From an uncultured Verrucomicrobiae bacterium (GTDB lineage Bacteria > Verrucomicrobiota > Verrucomicrobiia > Limisphaerales > Palsa-1400): 64,000 bases of DNA. The notes under the pieces were generated by a model. It worked only from the letters and a program-made list of their open reading frames with translations, ran no database searches and was not told the DNA's origin. Both the position numbers and the translations under genes were made by a program. Shown here piece after piece: positions 1 to 9,050 of this stretch. The stretch is taken from NCBI GenBank assembly GCA_963764165.1, contig CAVXRD010000002.1, positions 2,464,001-2,528,000 of the forward strand. The letters run 5' to 3'. How positions within the stretch are numbered: position 1 is the stretch's first letter; each line of letters starts with the position of its first letter.

Positions 1-2
1 CC

Positions 3-188
3 TCAAAAGACATGTCCACCGACGCCAAGAATGTGAAAATCATCACGATGAATGGCCGCGTGACCCTGCGCGGGCCAGTCAAGACCGAAGACGAGAAGCG
101 CGCCATTGGCGACATCGCGAATAGGGTCGCCCGCCCTGAGAACGTGGACAACCAGATCGAGGTCAAAATTCGCAACACCAATAACTGA
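3..188 (+). CDS. BON-domain (OsmY-like) protein, 3' end (partial at window edge)
   Basis: Own translation: SKDMSTDAKNVKIITMNGRVTLRGPVKTEDEKRAIGDIANRVARPENVDNQIEV, a typical BON pattern; stop TGA at 186-188. Confidence 0.85.
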   Translation, partial: SKDMSTDAKNVKIITMNGRVTLRGPVKTEDEKRAIGDIANRVARPENVDNQIEVKIRNTNN

Positions 189-228
189 ATTAAACTTCCT
201 CACAACTCATCAACGAAAGTTAATAAAT

Positions 229-810
229 ATGTCAAAGAAATCCGTATTCTGCATCGCAAACTCCCGAAGCCAGGCCGATCTCATTGTGGATCAGCTTAAG
301 TTCGCCAACTTTTCCAATAACGATATTTCGGTGTTGTTCCCCGACAAAGACACGACCCGTGATTTTGCGCACGAGAAGAACACCAAGGCTCCCGAAGGAA
401 TCGCCACCGGCGCAGGCACAGGCGGCGTCCTGGGCGGAGCGCTCGGATGGGTGGCGGGCATTGGCGCATTGGCCATACCCGGAGTGGGGCCGTTCATCGC
501 AGCCGGCCCCATTATTGCCGCTTTGAGCGGCGCCGCGGTCGGCGCAGCCGTCGGCGGCATCGCGGGTGGATTGATCGGCCTCGGCATTCCCGAGATCGAA
601 GCCAAGCGTTATGAGGGCAAAGTCAAGGAAGGCAATCTCCTTCTCTCCGTGCATACCGAGAACTCGGATGAAATCAAGCTGGCCAAGGACATCTTCACCA
701 AGGCTGGCGCGCAAGATATTTGCACCACTGGCGAAGCCTCGACGCCCAAAGACGCGAAAGCCGATGCCCGCGCTTCACGCACCGACAAAGTCCTTGTCGA
801 GACTCCTTAA
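229..810 (+). CDS. General-stress/glycine-zipper membrane protein (YflT/DUF3341-like)
   Basis: ATG 229; FSNNDISVL, glycine zipper GAGTGGVLGGALGWVAG, IPGVGPFIAAGP, GIPEIEAKRYE motifs. Confidence 0.8.
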   Translation: MSKKSVFCIANSRSQADLIVDQLKFANFSNNDISVLFPDKDTTRDFAHEKNTKAPEGIATGAGTGGVLGGALGWVAGIGALAIPGVGPFIAAGPIIAALSGAAVGAAVGGIAGGLIGLGIPEIEAKRYEGKVKEGNLLLSVHTENSDEIKLAKDIFTKAGAQDICTTGEASTPKDAKADARASRTDKVLVETP

Positions 811-884
811 TTCCATGGGGGATTGCGGTTGACATGAAGATCCGCAATCCCTTTGCGGGGTTACCAATCCATCCCTGTTTAAAC

Positions 885-916
885 GGAGCGCGGCTGTGTC
901 GAAGACCAGCCGCAGC
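885..916. repeat. REP-like dispersed repeat, copy 1
   Basis: GGAGCGCGGCTGTGTCGAAGACCAGCCGCAGC; near-identical to 4859-4888 and to the reverse complement of 4963-4994; lies between convergent genes. Confidence 0.65.
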
Positions 917-1114
917 CGCTTCGAAACGAGAAACGCCTTCACAAGATTTTCGACCAGCCAACCGCCGCTCCGCGGATTTGATATTTTTTAAATGATCGCC
1001 ACAAACAAGATTTGGCCCCCATTTCCCGCGCGCCCCAGAATTTCAAAATTGTAATTGACGCTAATTGCCGGGGAATTTCTTCCACGAATGAAATCAGGGA
1101 TGCCGGATCTGGAA

Positions 1115-2995
1115 CTAAATCGAGATCTGGCGCCCAATTTCCACCACGGAATCCGAGGGCAGCCGGAGGTATTCACTCAAATGCGTGGAATTGCGCTGCA
1201 TCGCGACAAAGCACGACGCCAGCCATTTCGACGGGCCTCTGCGGCTTTCGCTGGAGATAATGGTCTCATGGCCCACGTAATAGGTAACGTCAGAAAGATC
1301 GATGCTGCATCCGCCCGCGCACGCTTGCCGGAGCAATTCTGGAAGATCAGGCCGTTCCATAAATCCATAGTGAGCCGACGCGCGCCAAAATTGAGGGGCC
1401 AGCTCCTTCAAGGCCAGACGGTCACCTTCGCTGACCCACGGGCTGGATTCCGTGTCCACTGTCACGACGAATAGGCGCTGGTGAAGCGCCCGGCTGTGCC
1501 CGACGTGCCACACCATCAAGGGGGGAACATCTTCTCTGGTGCGAGTGAGAAACACCGCCGTTCCCGGCACCCGCGGAATTTGCTTTTGCTCAAGCTCGGC
1601 CATGAATGTCCCAATCGGAACGACCGAGTCCTGAAACTTTGCCGATACCACTTTCGCTCCATGATGCCAGACAAGCATAATTCCATAAGCCAATCCCGCC
1701 AGCAGGAGCGGCACATAGCCGCCAGCGGCGATCTTGGAGGAATTGGCGGCGAAAAATGTAATGTCAACAGTAATGAAAACGCCCGCGATTGCGCCCGCGC
1801 GAAAGACGCCCCAGCCCCAGATTTCGCGCATCGCGATAAAGAGCAGCGCGGAAGTCGCCAGCATCGTGCCGGAGACGGCGATGCCGTAGGCTGCCGCAAG
1901 ATTGTCCGACTTGCGGAAGGCGAGCGCCAGCCCGCAGGTGACAAGCATGAGAGTCCAGTTGACGGCCCCGACATAAATTTGCCCGTAGCCCTCGGCCGAG
2001 GTCTGGGTGACCTTCAGGCGCGGCAGCCAGCCGAGCTGGATGGCCTGGCGGGTCATCGAAAACGCTCCGGTGATGATCGACTGGCTGGCGATAATCGTGG
2101 CAACGGTGGACAGCACCACGACCGGAATGAGCAATGCCGACGGGCAAAGCCGATAGAAAATATTGTCGGAAGTCGGCGCCCCCTCGAGCACCAATGCAGC
2201 CTGGCCGGCGTAGTTCAGAACGAGGCTTGGAAAGACCACGCCTGACCAGGCAAGCCGGATGGGCCGCGCACCGAAGTGTCCCATGTCTGCGTAAAGCGCC
2301 TCCGCGCCGGTGACGCACAGGAAGACGCCGCCCAGGGCCAGAAACCCTTTCAGCCCGCTTGAGTGCAAATAAGAAAATCCATAGATTGGGTTCAGCGCGA
2401 GAAGAACCGATGGATGCCTCGATATCCCCCAAATTCCCAGGAGCGCGATCGTCACGAACCAAGTGAGCATAATTGGCCCAAACGCCCTGCCAATCCGCGC
2501 CGTGCCCTGCGGCTGAATTAAAAACAACGCGACCAGAATGGCGACGGTGGAGGGAAGAACATAGCGTGAGAACGAAGGCGCCACGATGTTCAGCCCCTCC
2601 AGCGCGGACAGCACGGAAATTGCGGGCGTGACTGCGCCATCGCCGTAAATCAGCGCCGCTCCGAGAAGTCCAAGCGCGACGATGACGGGCCGAGGCTTGA
2701 GTTTGACACCCAGCAGTGACATAAGGGCGAGGATGCCGCCCTCGCCGTCATTGTCGATGCGCATGGCAAACGAAACATACTTGACAGTGGTGACGATGAT
2801 CAGGGTCCAGATGATCAGCGACAAGGTTCCAAGAAGAACGACTCGATCAGGCTTGCCACCGGTCAGCGCAAGCACGGTCTTGAGCGTGTAAAGCGGGCTT
2901 GTTCCAATATCGCCGAAAACCACGCCCAAGGCGGACAGGCCCAGCAGCCAGAGGCTCCCTTTGTGTTCAGGCCGGTTTCCGGTCTTGGAAATCAT
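1115..2995 (-). CDS. kup: KUP/HAK/KT potassium transporter
   Basis: GVVFGDIGTSPLY, DNDGEGGILAL, YGDGAVTPAISVLSA, GAEALYADMGHF, RVPGTAVFL motifs; multiple TM segments. Confidence 0.97.
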   Translation of the reverse strand: MISKTGNRPEHKGSLWLLGLSALGVVFGDIGTSPLYTLKTVLALTGGKPDRVVLLGTLSLIIWTLIIVTTVKYVSFAMRIDNDGEGGILALMSLLGVKLKPRPVIVALGLLGAALIYGDGAVTPAISVLSALEGLNIVAPSFSRYVLPSTVAILVALFLIQPQGTARIGRAFGPIMLTWFVTIALLGIWGISRHPSVLLALNPIYGFSYLHSSGLKGFLALGGVFLCVTGAEALYADMGHFGARPIRLAWSGVVFPSLVLNYAGQAALVLEGAPTSDNIFYRLCPSALLIPVVVLSTVATIIASQSIITGAFSMTRQAIQLGWLPRLKVTQTSAEGYGQIYVGAVNWTLMLVTCGLALAFRKSDNLAAAYGIAVSGTMLATSALLFIAMREIWGWGVFRAGAIAGVFITVDITFFAANSSKIAAGGYVPLLLAGLAYGIMLVWHHGAKVVSAKFQDSVVPIGTFMAELEQKQIPRVPGTAVFLTRTREDVPPLMVWHVGHSRALHQRLFVVTVDTESSPWVSEGDRLALKELAPQFWRASAHYGFMERPDLPELLRQACAGGCSIDLSDVTYYVGHETIISSESRRGPSKWLASCFVAMQRNSTHLSEYLRLPSDSVVEIGRQISI

Positions 2996-3164
2996 TTTCT
3001 AGATACTGAATGAGTTTAGCGCGGCTTGGCGAGAGAAACGATGGTGCGTTCTGCCCGTGACGGGCGGTTTGGCAGCCCTGCTCTTGAGGGGGAAAACAAC
3101 CCAGCTCTTTCCAGGCGGAAATTCTCCCCAATGGTTTTCCATCGCCCGCGGGCTACGTTGGACG

Positions 3165-3827
3165 ATGATTGAGGCGTTTATTTTTGATGTGGACGGCACG
3201 TTGATAGACTCGAATGAGTTTCACGCCAAGGCTTGGGAAAAAGCATTCGCCGCCCACGGAAAGGAAATTCCGATGCAAAAAATCCGCCCCCATCTTGGGA
3301 AAGGCTCGGACCAACTGCTTCCCGAATTCCTCGATAAGAAAGAAATGGAGAGGCTTGGAAAAGCCATTTCCGAAATGCGCGCGGAGATTTTTAAGCGCGA
3401 GTATTTGCCCCAGGTGCGCCCCTTCCCAGGAGTGCGCGAGCTGTTCAAGAGAATTCGCGAAGCCGATCGGCGCATCGCCTTGGCGTCGTCGTCCAAAAAG
3501 GAGGAGGTCGAGGAATATAAAACCATCGCGCAGATTGAAGATTTGGTGGAGCAATCCACCTCCTCGGATGACGCCGAGGAATCCAAACCAGAGCCCGATA
3601 TCTTTCAAGCGGCCATGGGCCTCCTCAGAAACCCGCCCGCGCACAAAGTGTTGGTGGTCGGGAATACGCCGCATGACGCCGTGGCGGCGACCCGGGCCAA
3701 GCTGGCTGTTATCGGCGTCTTATGCGGGGGATTCTCGGAAAAGGTTTTGCGAGCCAGCGGCTGTCGAGCCATTTATCAGGATCCGGCGGATTTGTTGGCC
3801 AACTTGGAAAAAATCTTGAAAGGTTGA
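3165..3827 (+). CDS. HAD-superfamily hydrolase
   Basis: FDVDGTLIDS motif I, ALASSS motif II, KPEPDIF motif III; motif IV reads GNTPHD. Confidence 0.9.
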   Translation: MIEAFIFDVDGTLIDSNEFHAKAWEKAFAAHGKEIPMQKIRPHLGKGSDQLLPEFLDKKEMERLGKAISEMRAEIFKREYLPQVRPFPGVRELFKRIREADRRIALASSSKKEEVEEYKTIAQIEDLVEQSTSSDDAEESKPEPDIFQAAMGLLRNPPAHKVLVVGNTPHDAVAATRAKLAVIGVLCGGFSEKVLRASGCRAIYQDPADLLANLEKILKG

Positions 3828-4365
3828 GCTGCGGGACAAGGGTCAAACCCATTTCGCCGAGAAAGCTCCGCCCGGGCTGTTTTCTTCGTGATCTTTGTAA
3901 CCTTGTTGTTAAAGGTCCTTCTTTTGAGATTGCCAACGGCATCGCGCGCGAAGGTCTTGCCGGTCAACCCGAAGCCGCAAGAGGATTGAACAACAAGCAG
4001 GCAAAGGCCACGAAGTGGCAATGGCGTTGAAGCCACTTTTCTGTTCCTCCTCCGCGCCCTCCTCCCCTCTGCGCGATTGCTTTTAATGCCACGATGGAAC
4101 CAGTCGGGACAGCATCCGCGCATCGTCAACCTCAGTCAGACGATAAGAATGTTCGCGCAGAGAAACTCAAGAGGCAAATCATACTCCACTATAATGGAGA
4201 CAGGATTGCGGCCTTCTTGCAAAAAGCGAGGCAGTTTCCGCGAAGGCCGTGCACACTGCCCGCCAAGAACACCAATAAGCCCCCTCTCACAGGGAGAGAT
4301 CACGCGGAGTGCGCTGGCATCAAACTTGCAGAGGTTCTAATGGCCCCCGGAACAATAATATAATT

Positions 4366-4758
4366 ATGAATCAATACAAAAATCCTACTTGGTGGACGAA
4401 AGAAAATGACTCGGCTTGGGAACGGACCAAAGCGGCTTTCAAGCGCGATTGGGACCAAACGAAGCATGACGTGGGCGGCGATGAGCCAGATACCAATCAG
4501 AATGTCTCGGACACTGTCAAACAAGCGTCCGGCAAAGAAGCCATTCCGCCGCGTGGCGTGCCCAACTATGACGATGTGGAGCCGGCTTACCGTTTCGGTT
4601 ACGGAGCCCGCTCGCAATATGGGAAGAAATATCCGAAATGGAGTCCTGAGCTTGAAGCGGAATTGCGCCGCGACTGGGCCAGCACCTATCCCGACCACGC
4701 CCAAACCTGGGACGAGGACGCGGAATACGTTCGTTCCGGCTGGGATTACAAGAACTAG
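4366..4758 (+). CDS. Conserved hypothetical protein (Trp-rich, stress-associated type)
   Basis: ATG after AT-rich leader; WERTKAAFKRDWDQTKHD and EPAYRFGYGA..W..ELEAELRRDW. Confidence 0.7.
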   Translation: MNQYKNPTWWTKENDSAWERTKAAFKRDWDQTKHDVGGDEPDTNQNVSDTVKQASGKEAIPPRGVPNYDDVEPAYRFGYGARSQYGKKYPKWSPELEAELRRDWASTYPDHAQTWDEDAEYVRSGWDYKN

Positions 4759-4858
4759 TTTGCGCTGGCCGGTTCTGGCGCGCCCCCGACAAAAAAGAAT
4801 TCGCCGGTGGGCGCCGGAACCGGGTGTGATTGGAAGTGGGTGATCGCGCAGGCCGATA

Positions 4859-4994
4859 GGCGCGGCTGTGTCAAAGGCCAGCCGCAGCCATTCTCAAACA
4901 GCCGAAAACGATTTTGTTGCGGGCATCACCAAAAAATACATCAACTCGCCGCTTGGTTCGAAGCAGCGGCTGGTTTTCGACACAACCGCGCGCC
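4859..4994. repeat. Inverted pair of REP-like repeats
   Basis: GGCGCGGCTGTGTCAAAGGCCAGCCGCAGC (4859-4888) and GCAGCGGCTGGTTTTCGACACAACCGCGCGCC (4963-4994) are imperfect reverse complements. Confidence 0.65.
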
Positions 4995-5076
4995 GCTTCA
5001 GGCATAATCGGCTGTAATCTCACTTGCGTCTCACCCATTTTTAATCATATCCGCCGGAACCCGCGATATAGATTCC

Positions 5077-5268
5077 TTATGAATCCGTATTATCCGGCTT
5101 CGGTGGTTCGGGCGCTTTTGCGGCCGTGCCCTTTCGTTTGAGAACAGCCAGTCGCAACAAGTATTCTATCTGGCCGTTGACGCTGCGGAGCTCATCCTGC
5201 GCCCAGGATTCCAATTCATTCCAGAGCGCCGGATCGATTCGCAATAAGAACGGTTTCCGTTCCGCCAT
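5077..5268 (-). CDS. Arc-like ribbon-helix-helix DNA-binding protein
   Basis: [34 protein letters not shown]; directly downstream of the SPFH gene, a common pairing. Confidence 0.85.
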   Translation of the reverse strand: MAERKPFLLRIDPALWNELESWAQDELRSVNGQIEYLLRLAVLKRKGTAAKAPEPPKPDNTDS

Positions 5269-5280
5269 AACGTCAATGCG

Positions 5281-6186
5281 TCAATGATAAAGAGTTCCCG
5301 TGTTGATGACCGGGTGCGCTTCCGATTCGCCGCATAACACCACCATCAGGTTGCTCACCATCGCCGCTTTGCGCTCGTCGTCCAGCACGACGACATGCTT
5401 TTCCGCGAGGCTCTTCAGCGCCAGGTCCACCATGGAAACAGCGCCTTGCACAATCTTTTGCCGGGCCGCGATGACCGCCTCGGCCTGCTGCCGGCGCAGC
5501 ATGGCTTGCGCGATTTCCGGCGCGTAGGAGAGATTGGTCAGGCGCGCTTCGTCCACCGTCACGCCAGCCTTGGCCAGGCGCTGGTCCAATTCTTCCCGCA
5601 GCGATTTGGAAACGTCGTCCACATTCGTGCGCAATGTCGGTTCATTATCCTCGCCGTTGTCGTAGTTGTAGGCGCTGGCCAGGTGCCGCAGGGAAGTTTC
5701 GCTCTGCGTGTGAACGTATTGCTCGTAATGATCGACGTCGAATGTCGCCTGGGCCGTGTCCGCGACGCGCCACACGACGACGGCGGCGATTTCGATCGGA
5801 TTGCCTTTCTTGTCGTTGACCTTGAGTTTGTCGACATTCAAGGTGCGGGCGCGCAAGGATATTTTCGGCGCTTTGGTGTAAAATGGATTGGCCCAATGGA
5901 AACCGCTTTCGCGCGCGGTGCCCTTGTACTTTCCGAATAGCAAGAGGACACGCGCTTCATTTGGTTGCAGCGTGAAATATCCTCCCAAGGCCGCCAGACC
6001 CGCCGCATAGGCGAAGCCATACCCCACCAGTGCCACCCACCATGGATGCTGGCCGTGCTCAATAATATAATGAATAGAAAACCAGAGCACCGTGCCCATA
6101 TACACCAGATGAATCGGCACCACCAGCCAGCCGTTGGGAGGGCTCATGACCCTTTCGGGCGTCGAAACGGACTTTGTTGTGTTCAT
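5281..6186 (-). CDS. SPFH/band-7 domain membrane protein
   Basis: Two N-terminal TMs; LKVNDKKGNPIEIAAVVVWRV, LSYAPEIAQAMLRRQQAEA. Confidence 0.93.
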   Translation of the reverse strand: MNTTKSVSTPERVMSPPNGWLVVPIHLVYMGTVLWFSIHYIIEHGQHPWWVALVGYGFAYAAGLAALGGYFTLQPNEARVLLLFGKYKGTARESGFHWANPFYTKAPKISLRARTLNVDKLKVNDKKGNPIEIAAVVVWRVADTAQATFDVDHYEQYVHTQSETSLRHLASAYNYDNGEDNEPTLRTNVDDVSKSLREELDQRLAKAGVTVDEARLTNLSYAPEIAQAMLRRQQAEAVIAARQKIVQGAVSMVDLALKSLAEKHVVVLDDERKAAMVSNLMVVLCGESEAHPVINTGTLYH

Positions 6187-6203
6187 AAATACCTTTCTAT
6201 GTT

Positions 6204-6233
6204 TGATATTTAAGTGATATCATAGTGATTTCA
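6204..6233. promoter_or_regulatory. Putative RHH operator: three TGAT(A/T)T units at 11-bp spacing
   Basis: TGATAT 6204, TGATATCA palindrome 6215-6222, TGATTTCA 6226; immediately upstream of the SPFH start. Confidence 0.5.
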
Positions 6234-6334
6234 AATTACAAAGCAAGGATCTTGTTTGTAATCGGGTGGGGGACGATCCTGATGGGGTGGGTATGCCCGG
6301 AATTTGGCCCTTCTGGCTGGAGGTTGTTAAGAAA

Positions 6335-6415
6335 TGTAGCGGGTGTGTAGCGCCTTTGTAGCGTGTTTGTAGCGGTTTATTTCGTTGATAATCAACGATG
6401 TAGCGGGTATAGCGG
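6335..6415. repeat. TGTAGCG heptamer array flanking a palindrome
   Basis: TGTAGCG at 6335, 6346, 6357, 6368 and 6399; TATAGCG at 6408; TCGTTGAT-A-ATCAACGA at 6382-6398. Confidence 0.85.
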
Positions 6416-6464
6416 CTTTTTCGAGATCATACCTATTTCATGCCTATTCGATGCCGTCCCGGTT

Positions 6465-9050
6465 TCATCTTGCATCAGCGGGAGCGAGGATCATTACGGC
6501 CCAAGGTTTGAGGCTGACCGAAGCCCGGCCATGCCGCACTTCGACTGCCGGGACTGCACGGGGTATGGGCTCAATTTGAGGACGACCATCTCGAGTGGTG
6601 GGTGCGGTGCGGATGGCTGCCTGTGCCGCATCCAACCAGTCAATGAGGCGTGCGTTTCTGCCGACTTGAGCGCTCGATAGGTCAACCGACTGGCACTTGT
6701 CACTGCGATTCACGAGCACATAGACATGCTCGTCTCCCAAGTCACGGGAATATGCCAGGAGGTTGCGTGCGTCGTCCGCCAACACGGTGTGAAAAAAGCC
6801 GCTGTGCAATGCTGCCAGACGCCGATGCAATGCAATCAGCCGCGCGTAGCAGTCGAACAGATCCTGCTTGAACTGCACTTCCGGATCGTCGTAAGGCTGC
6901 AGGTCCTTCCAGATCATCGGCTGGCGGTCATCGGGGTCTGTTCCACCCCACATGCCCACTTCGTCGCCGTAATAAACCATCGGCGAGCCTGCGCAGGTCA
7001 TCTGCACGGCAATCGACTGCTTCATGCGGGCCCATTCCAGGTCGTTGGGCTTGGAGGTGTTGTAATTGCCCCGGCCTCGGCGGCCTGCATCGCTCTCGGC
7101 GGGGAGCGGCCGGTCGGCATTAACGAAGCTTGATGCCCATCGCTCGGTGTCATGGCTGTCCACCAGATTCATTTGGTCCAGCGCAATCTGGAACGGATAC
7201 AGCATGATCATTTGCTGAAGGCGCTGGGCGAAAACGCTGGCGGAAATTGCCGAGTTGGACCGATTGACAAAGAATTCTCTCAGCGCATTGGCAAATGGAT
7301 ACTGCATGGTTGCGTCCCAGGCATCACCGCCGAGATAGCTGAAGGCTGGCGTCCAGATTTCGCCAGTTATAAAGGCATCGGGCTTGATGGATTTGACCAG
7401 GTTGCGGTAGGTGACCCAGAAAACACGCGGCACGTTCTGCGCGTAATCAAGACGGAAACCATCCACGCCGCGCGAGGGATCGCCATCAGGCGCCAGCCAA
7501 CGTTTGGTGACGTTCAGGACGAAATCTCTCGGGCCGGGAGCCAGGCCCGTCTCCGGGTCCTTCTTGAATTCGGGCATGTTGCCATTGATGGAATCGCCAA
7601 AGCTCATCCACGACAGCGGATCCCAATTCGTGACGGTGTACCAGTCCGCATACTTGGAATTGCGGCCGTTTTGTTTCAAGTCCAGGAACGGGAAGAACTG
7701 CGTGCCGGAGTGATTGAAGACGCCATCGATGACTACCTTGAAACCTTGCCGATGCGCCTCAGCTACGAAGTCCAGGAACAGCTTGTCCGACTTCGTCCAT
7801 GTCCACGTCGCCGGATCTTCGGTTTCGCCCGACGGTTGACTGCTGTCGGCGGCAATGCCGAAATGATCGTCCACATGGCGATAATCGGTAGTGTCATACT
7901 TGTGCGCGCTGGGTGATTTGAAGATCGGGTTCAAGTAGATGCACGTCACGCCGAGGCTCCGGAGATACGGCAATTCCGATTCAATCCCCTGAATGTCGCC
8001 ACCGTAGCGGCGGTTGTTGCCGTTCCCTCGGCCTCCACGTCTGCCGCGAGCCCCATTCGCAGGAGCCGGTGGCGACCATTGAGCCGTCCACGATGTGACG
8101 TTGGCGGGATCATTGGACGTGCTGCCATTGCGGAAACGTTCCGGGAAAACCTGGTACCACACGGCTTGCTGCGCCCAGTCCGGCGTATTGAAGGAGGGCT
8201 GCATCGCGCCTTGCCACGCATGCCTGCGGGCCTGGGCCTGTGAAGTGTAGCATTGGCCGCTCGCGTAATAACATTTCGTCCGGCCAGCCTGCAGTTCGAA
8301 AAAATAACTCAAATTCGTCGTCTGGCTGAGGACAACGCCGGCGAAGTAGCTGATTCCTACGCGTGTCTCGACGGGATACAGATCGTCGCGCCGCCAGTGT
8401 TTCCCGGCCAGCGAATACACCGCTGCGCTGGAGAGGTTTCCCGCCTGGGCTCCAAAAGCAATTCGGACTTCATTCGTCGAAATCGGATCAAAGTAACGGA
8501 TGTTGCCCGGCACATGATGCAGCCCGGCCATGGCGATCTTCCCTGATTGAACCTGGGGCAGGTTGCGTCCGTCCGGCCCCACAATGACGGCCGAGTTATG
8601 GCCCCAGATTCCGTTGGATTCCTCTATATCGGCTTCGCTGTGGCTGGCGCTGTCATTGACCCAAGCACCATCGACGTAAAACCTGTAGGCGCAAGGCCCC
8701 TCGGCGAGCTTTACGTAGCCAACAAAGCGGTCTGCGCCTTCTGCAACCATTGGATTGGCGGTCTGCGACCATTTGTTAAAATCTCCACCCACGGCAACTC
8801 GATGCGGTGAATTGGTCGAGGGCGGATTGTACTCGAAGCGATGCGTGTAAAATCCCGGCTCCGCCGCCGGCACATCCACAGGCGCGGGCGCCGCTGCCGC
8901 CTGCACGGACGGCTGAACCTGCGGACTACCCGCGAGGCTGATCGCCATCCCAACTGCGAGCAGCCTCGCCCCGCCATGCCAGAGGTCATGGTCTCGGGAT
9001 TTAAGAGTCCAGGTGCAGAAGCTGCTCCCGAACGATGGACGCAATTTCAT
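6465..9050 (-). CDS. GH13 alpha-amylase/neopullulanase-like enzyme with N-terminal CBM48-like domain, probably exported
   Basis: VWYQVFPERF, YGGDIQG, HKYDTTDY, DGVFNH, DGFRLD, GEIW, DSHD catalytic regions; start uncertain (ATG 9053/9050 or 8948). Confidence 0.9.
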   Translation of the reverse strand: MKLRPSFGSSFCTWTLKSRDHDLWHGGARLLAVGMAISLAGSPQVQPSVQAAAAPAPVDVPAAEPGFYTHRFEYNPPSTNSPHRVAVGGDFNKWSQTANPMVAEGADRFVGYVKLAEGPCAYRFYVDGAWVNDSASHSEADIEESNGIWGHNSAVIVGPDGRNLPQVQSGKIAMAGLHHVPGNIRYFDPISTNEVRIAFGAQAGNLSSAAVYSLAGKHWRRDDLYPVETRVGISYFAGVVLSQTTNLSYFFELQAGRTKCYYASGQCYTSQAQARRHAWQGAMQPSFNTPDWAQQAVWYQVFPERFRNGSTSNDPANVTSWTAQWSPPAPANGARGRRGGRGNGNNRRYGGDIQGIESELPYLRSLGVTCIYLNPIFKSPSAHKYDTTDYRHVDDHFGIAADSSQPSGETEDPATWTWTKSDKLFLDFVAEAHRQGFKVVIDGVFNHSGTQFFPFLDLKQNGRNSKYADWYTVTNWDPLSWMSFGDSINGNMPEFKKDPETGLAPGPRDFVLNVTKRWLAPDGDPSRGVDGFRLDYAQNVPRVFWVTYRNLVKSIKPDAFITGEIWTPAFSYLGGDAWDATMQYPFANALREFFVNRSNSAISASVFAQRLQQMIMLYPFQIALDQMNLVDSHDTERWASSFVNADRPLPAESDAGRRGRGNYNTSKPNDLEWARMKQSIAVQMTCAGSPMVYYGDEVGMWGGTDPDDRQPMIWKDLQPYDDPEVQFKQDLFDCYARLIALHRRLAALHSGFFHTVLADDARNLLAYSRDLGDEHVYVLVNRSDKCQSVDLSSAQVGRNARLIDWLDAAQAAIRTAPTTRDGRPQIEPIPRAVPAVEVRHGRASVSLKPWAVMILAPADAR

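Noticed and set aside
3840..4360. Short ORFs and weak 9-bp-periodic sequence (ttcttcgtgatctttgtaaccttgttgttaaa)
   Set aside because: No coherent protein; the repeat-like signal is too degenerate to call
6335..6415. CRISPR array
   Set aside because: Repeats are 7 bp with 4-bp spacers, far too short, and no cas genes are present
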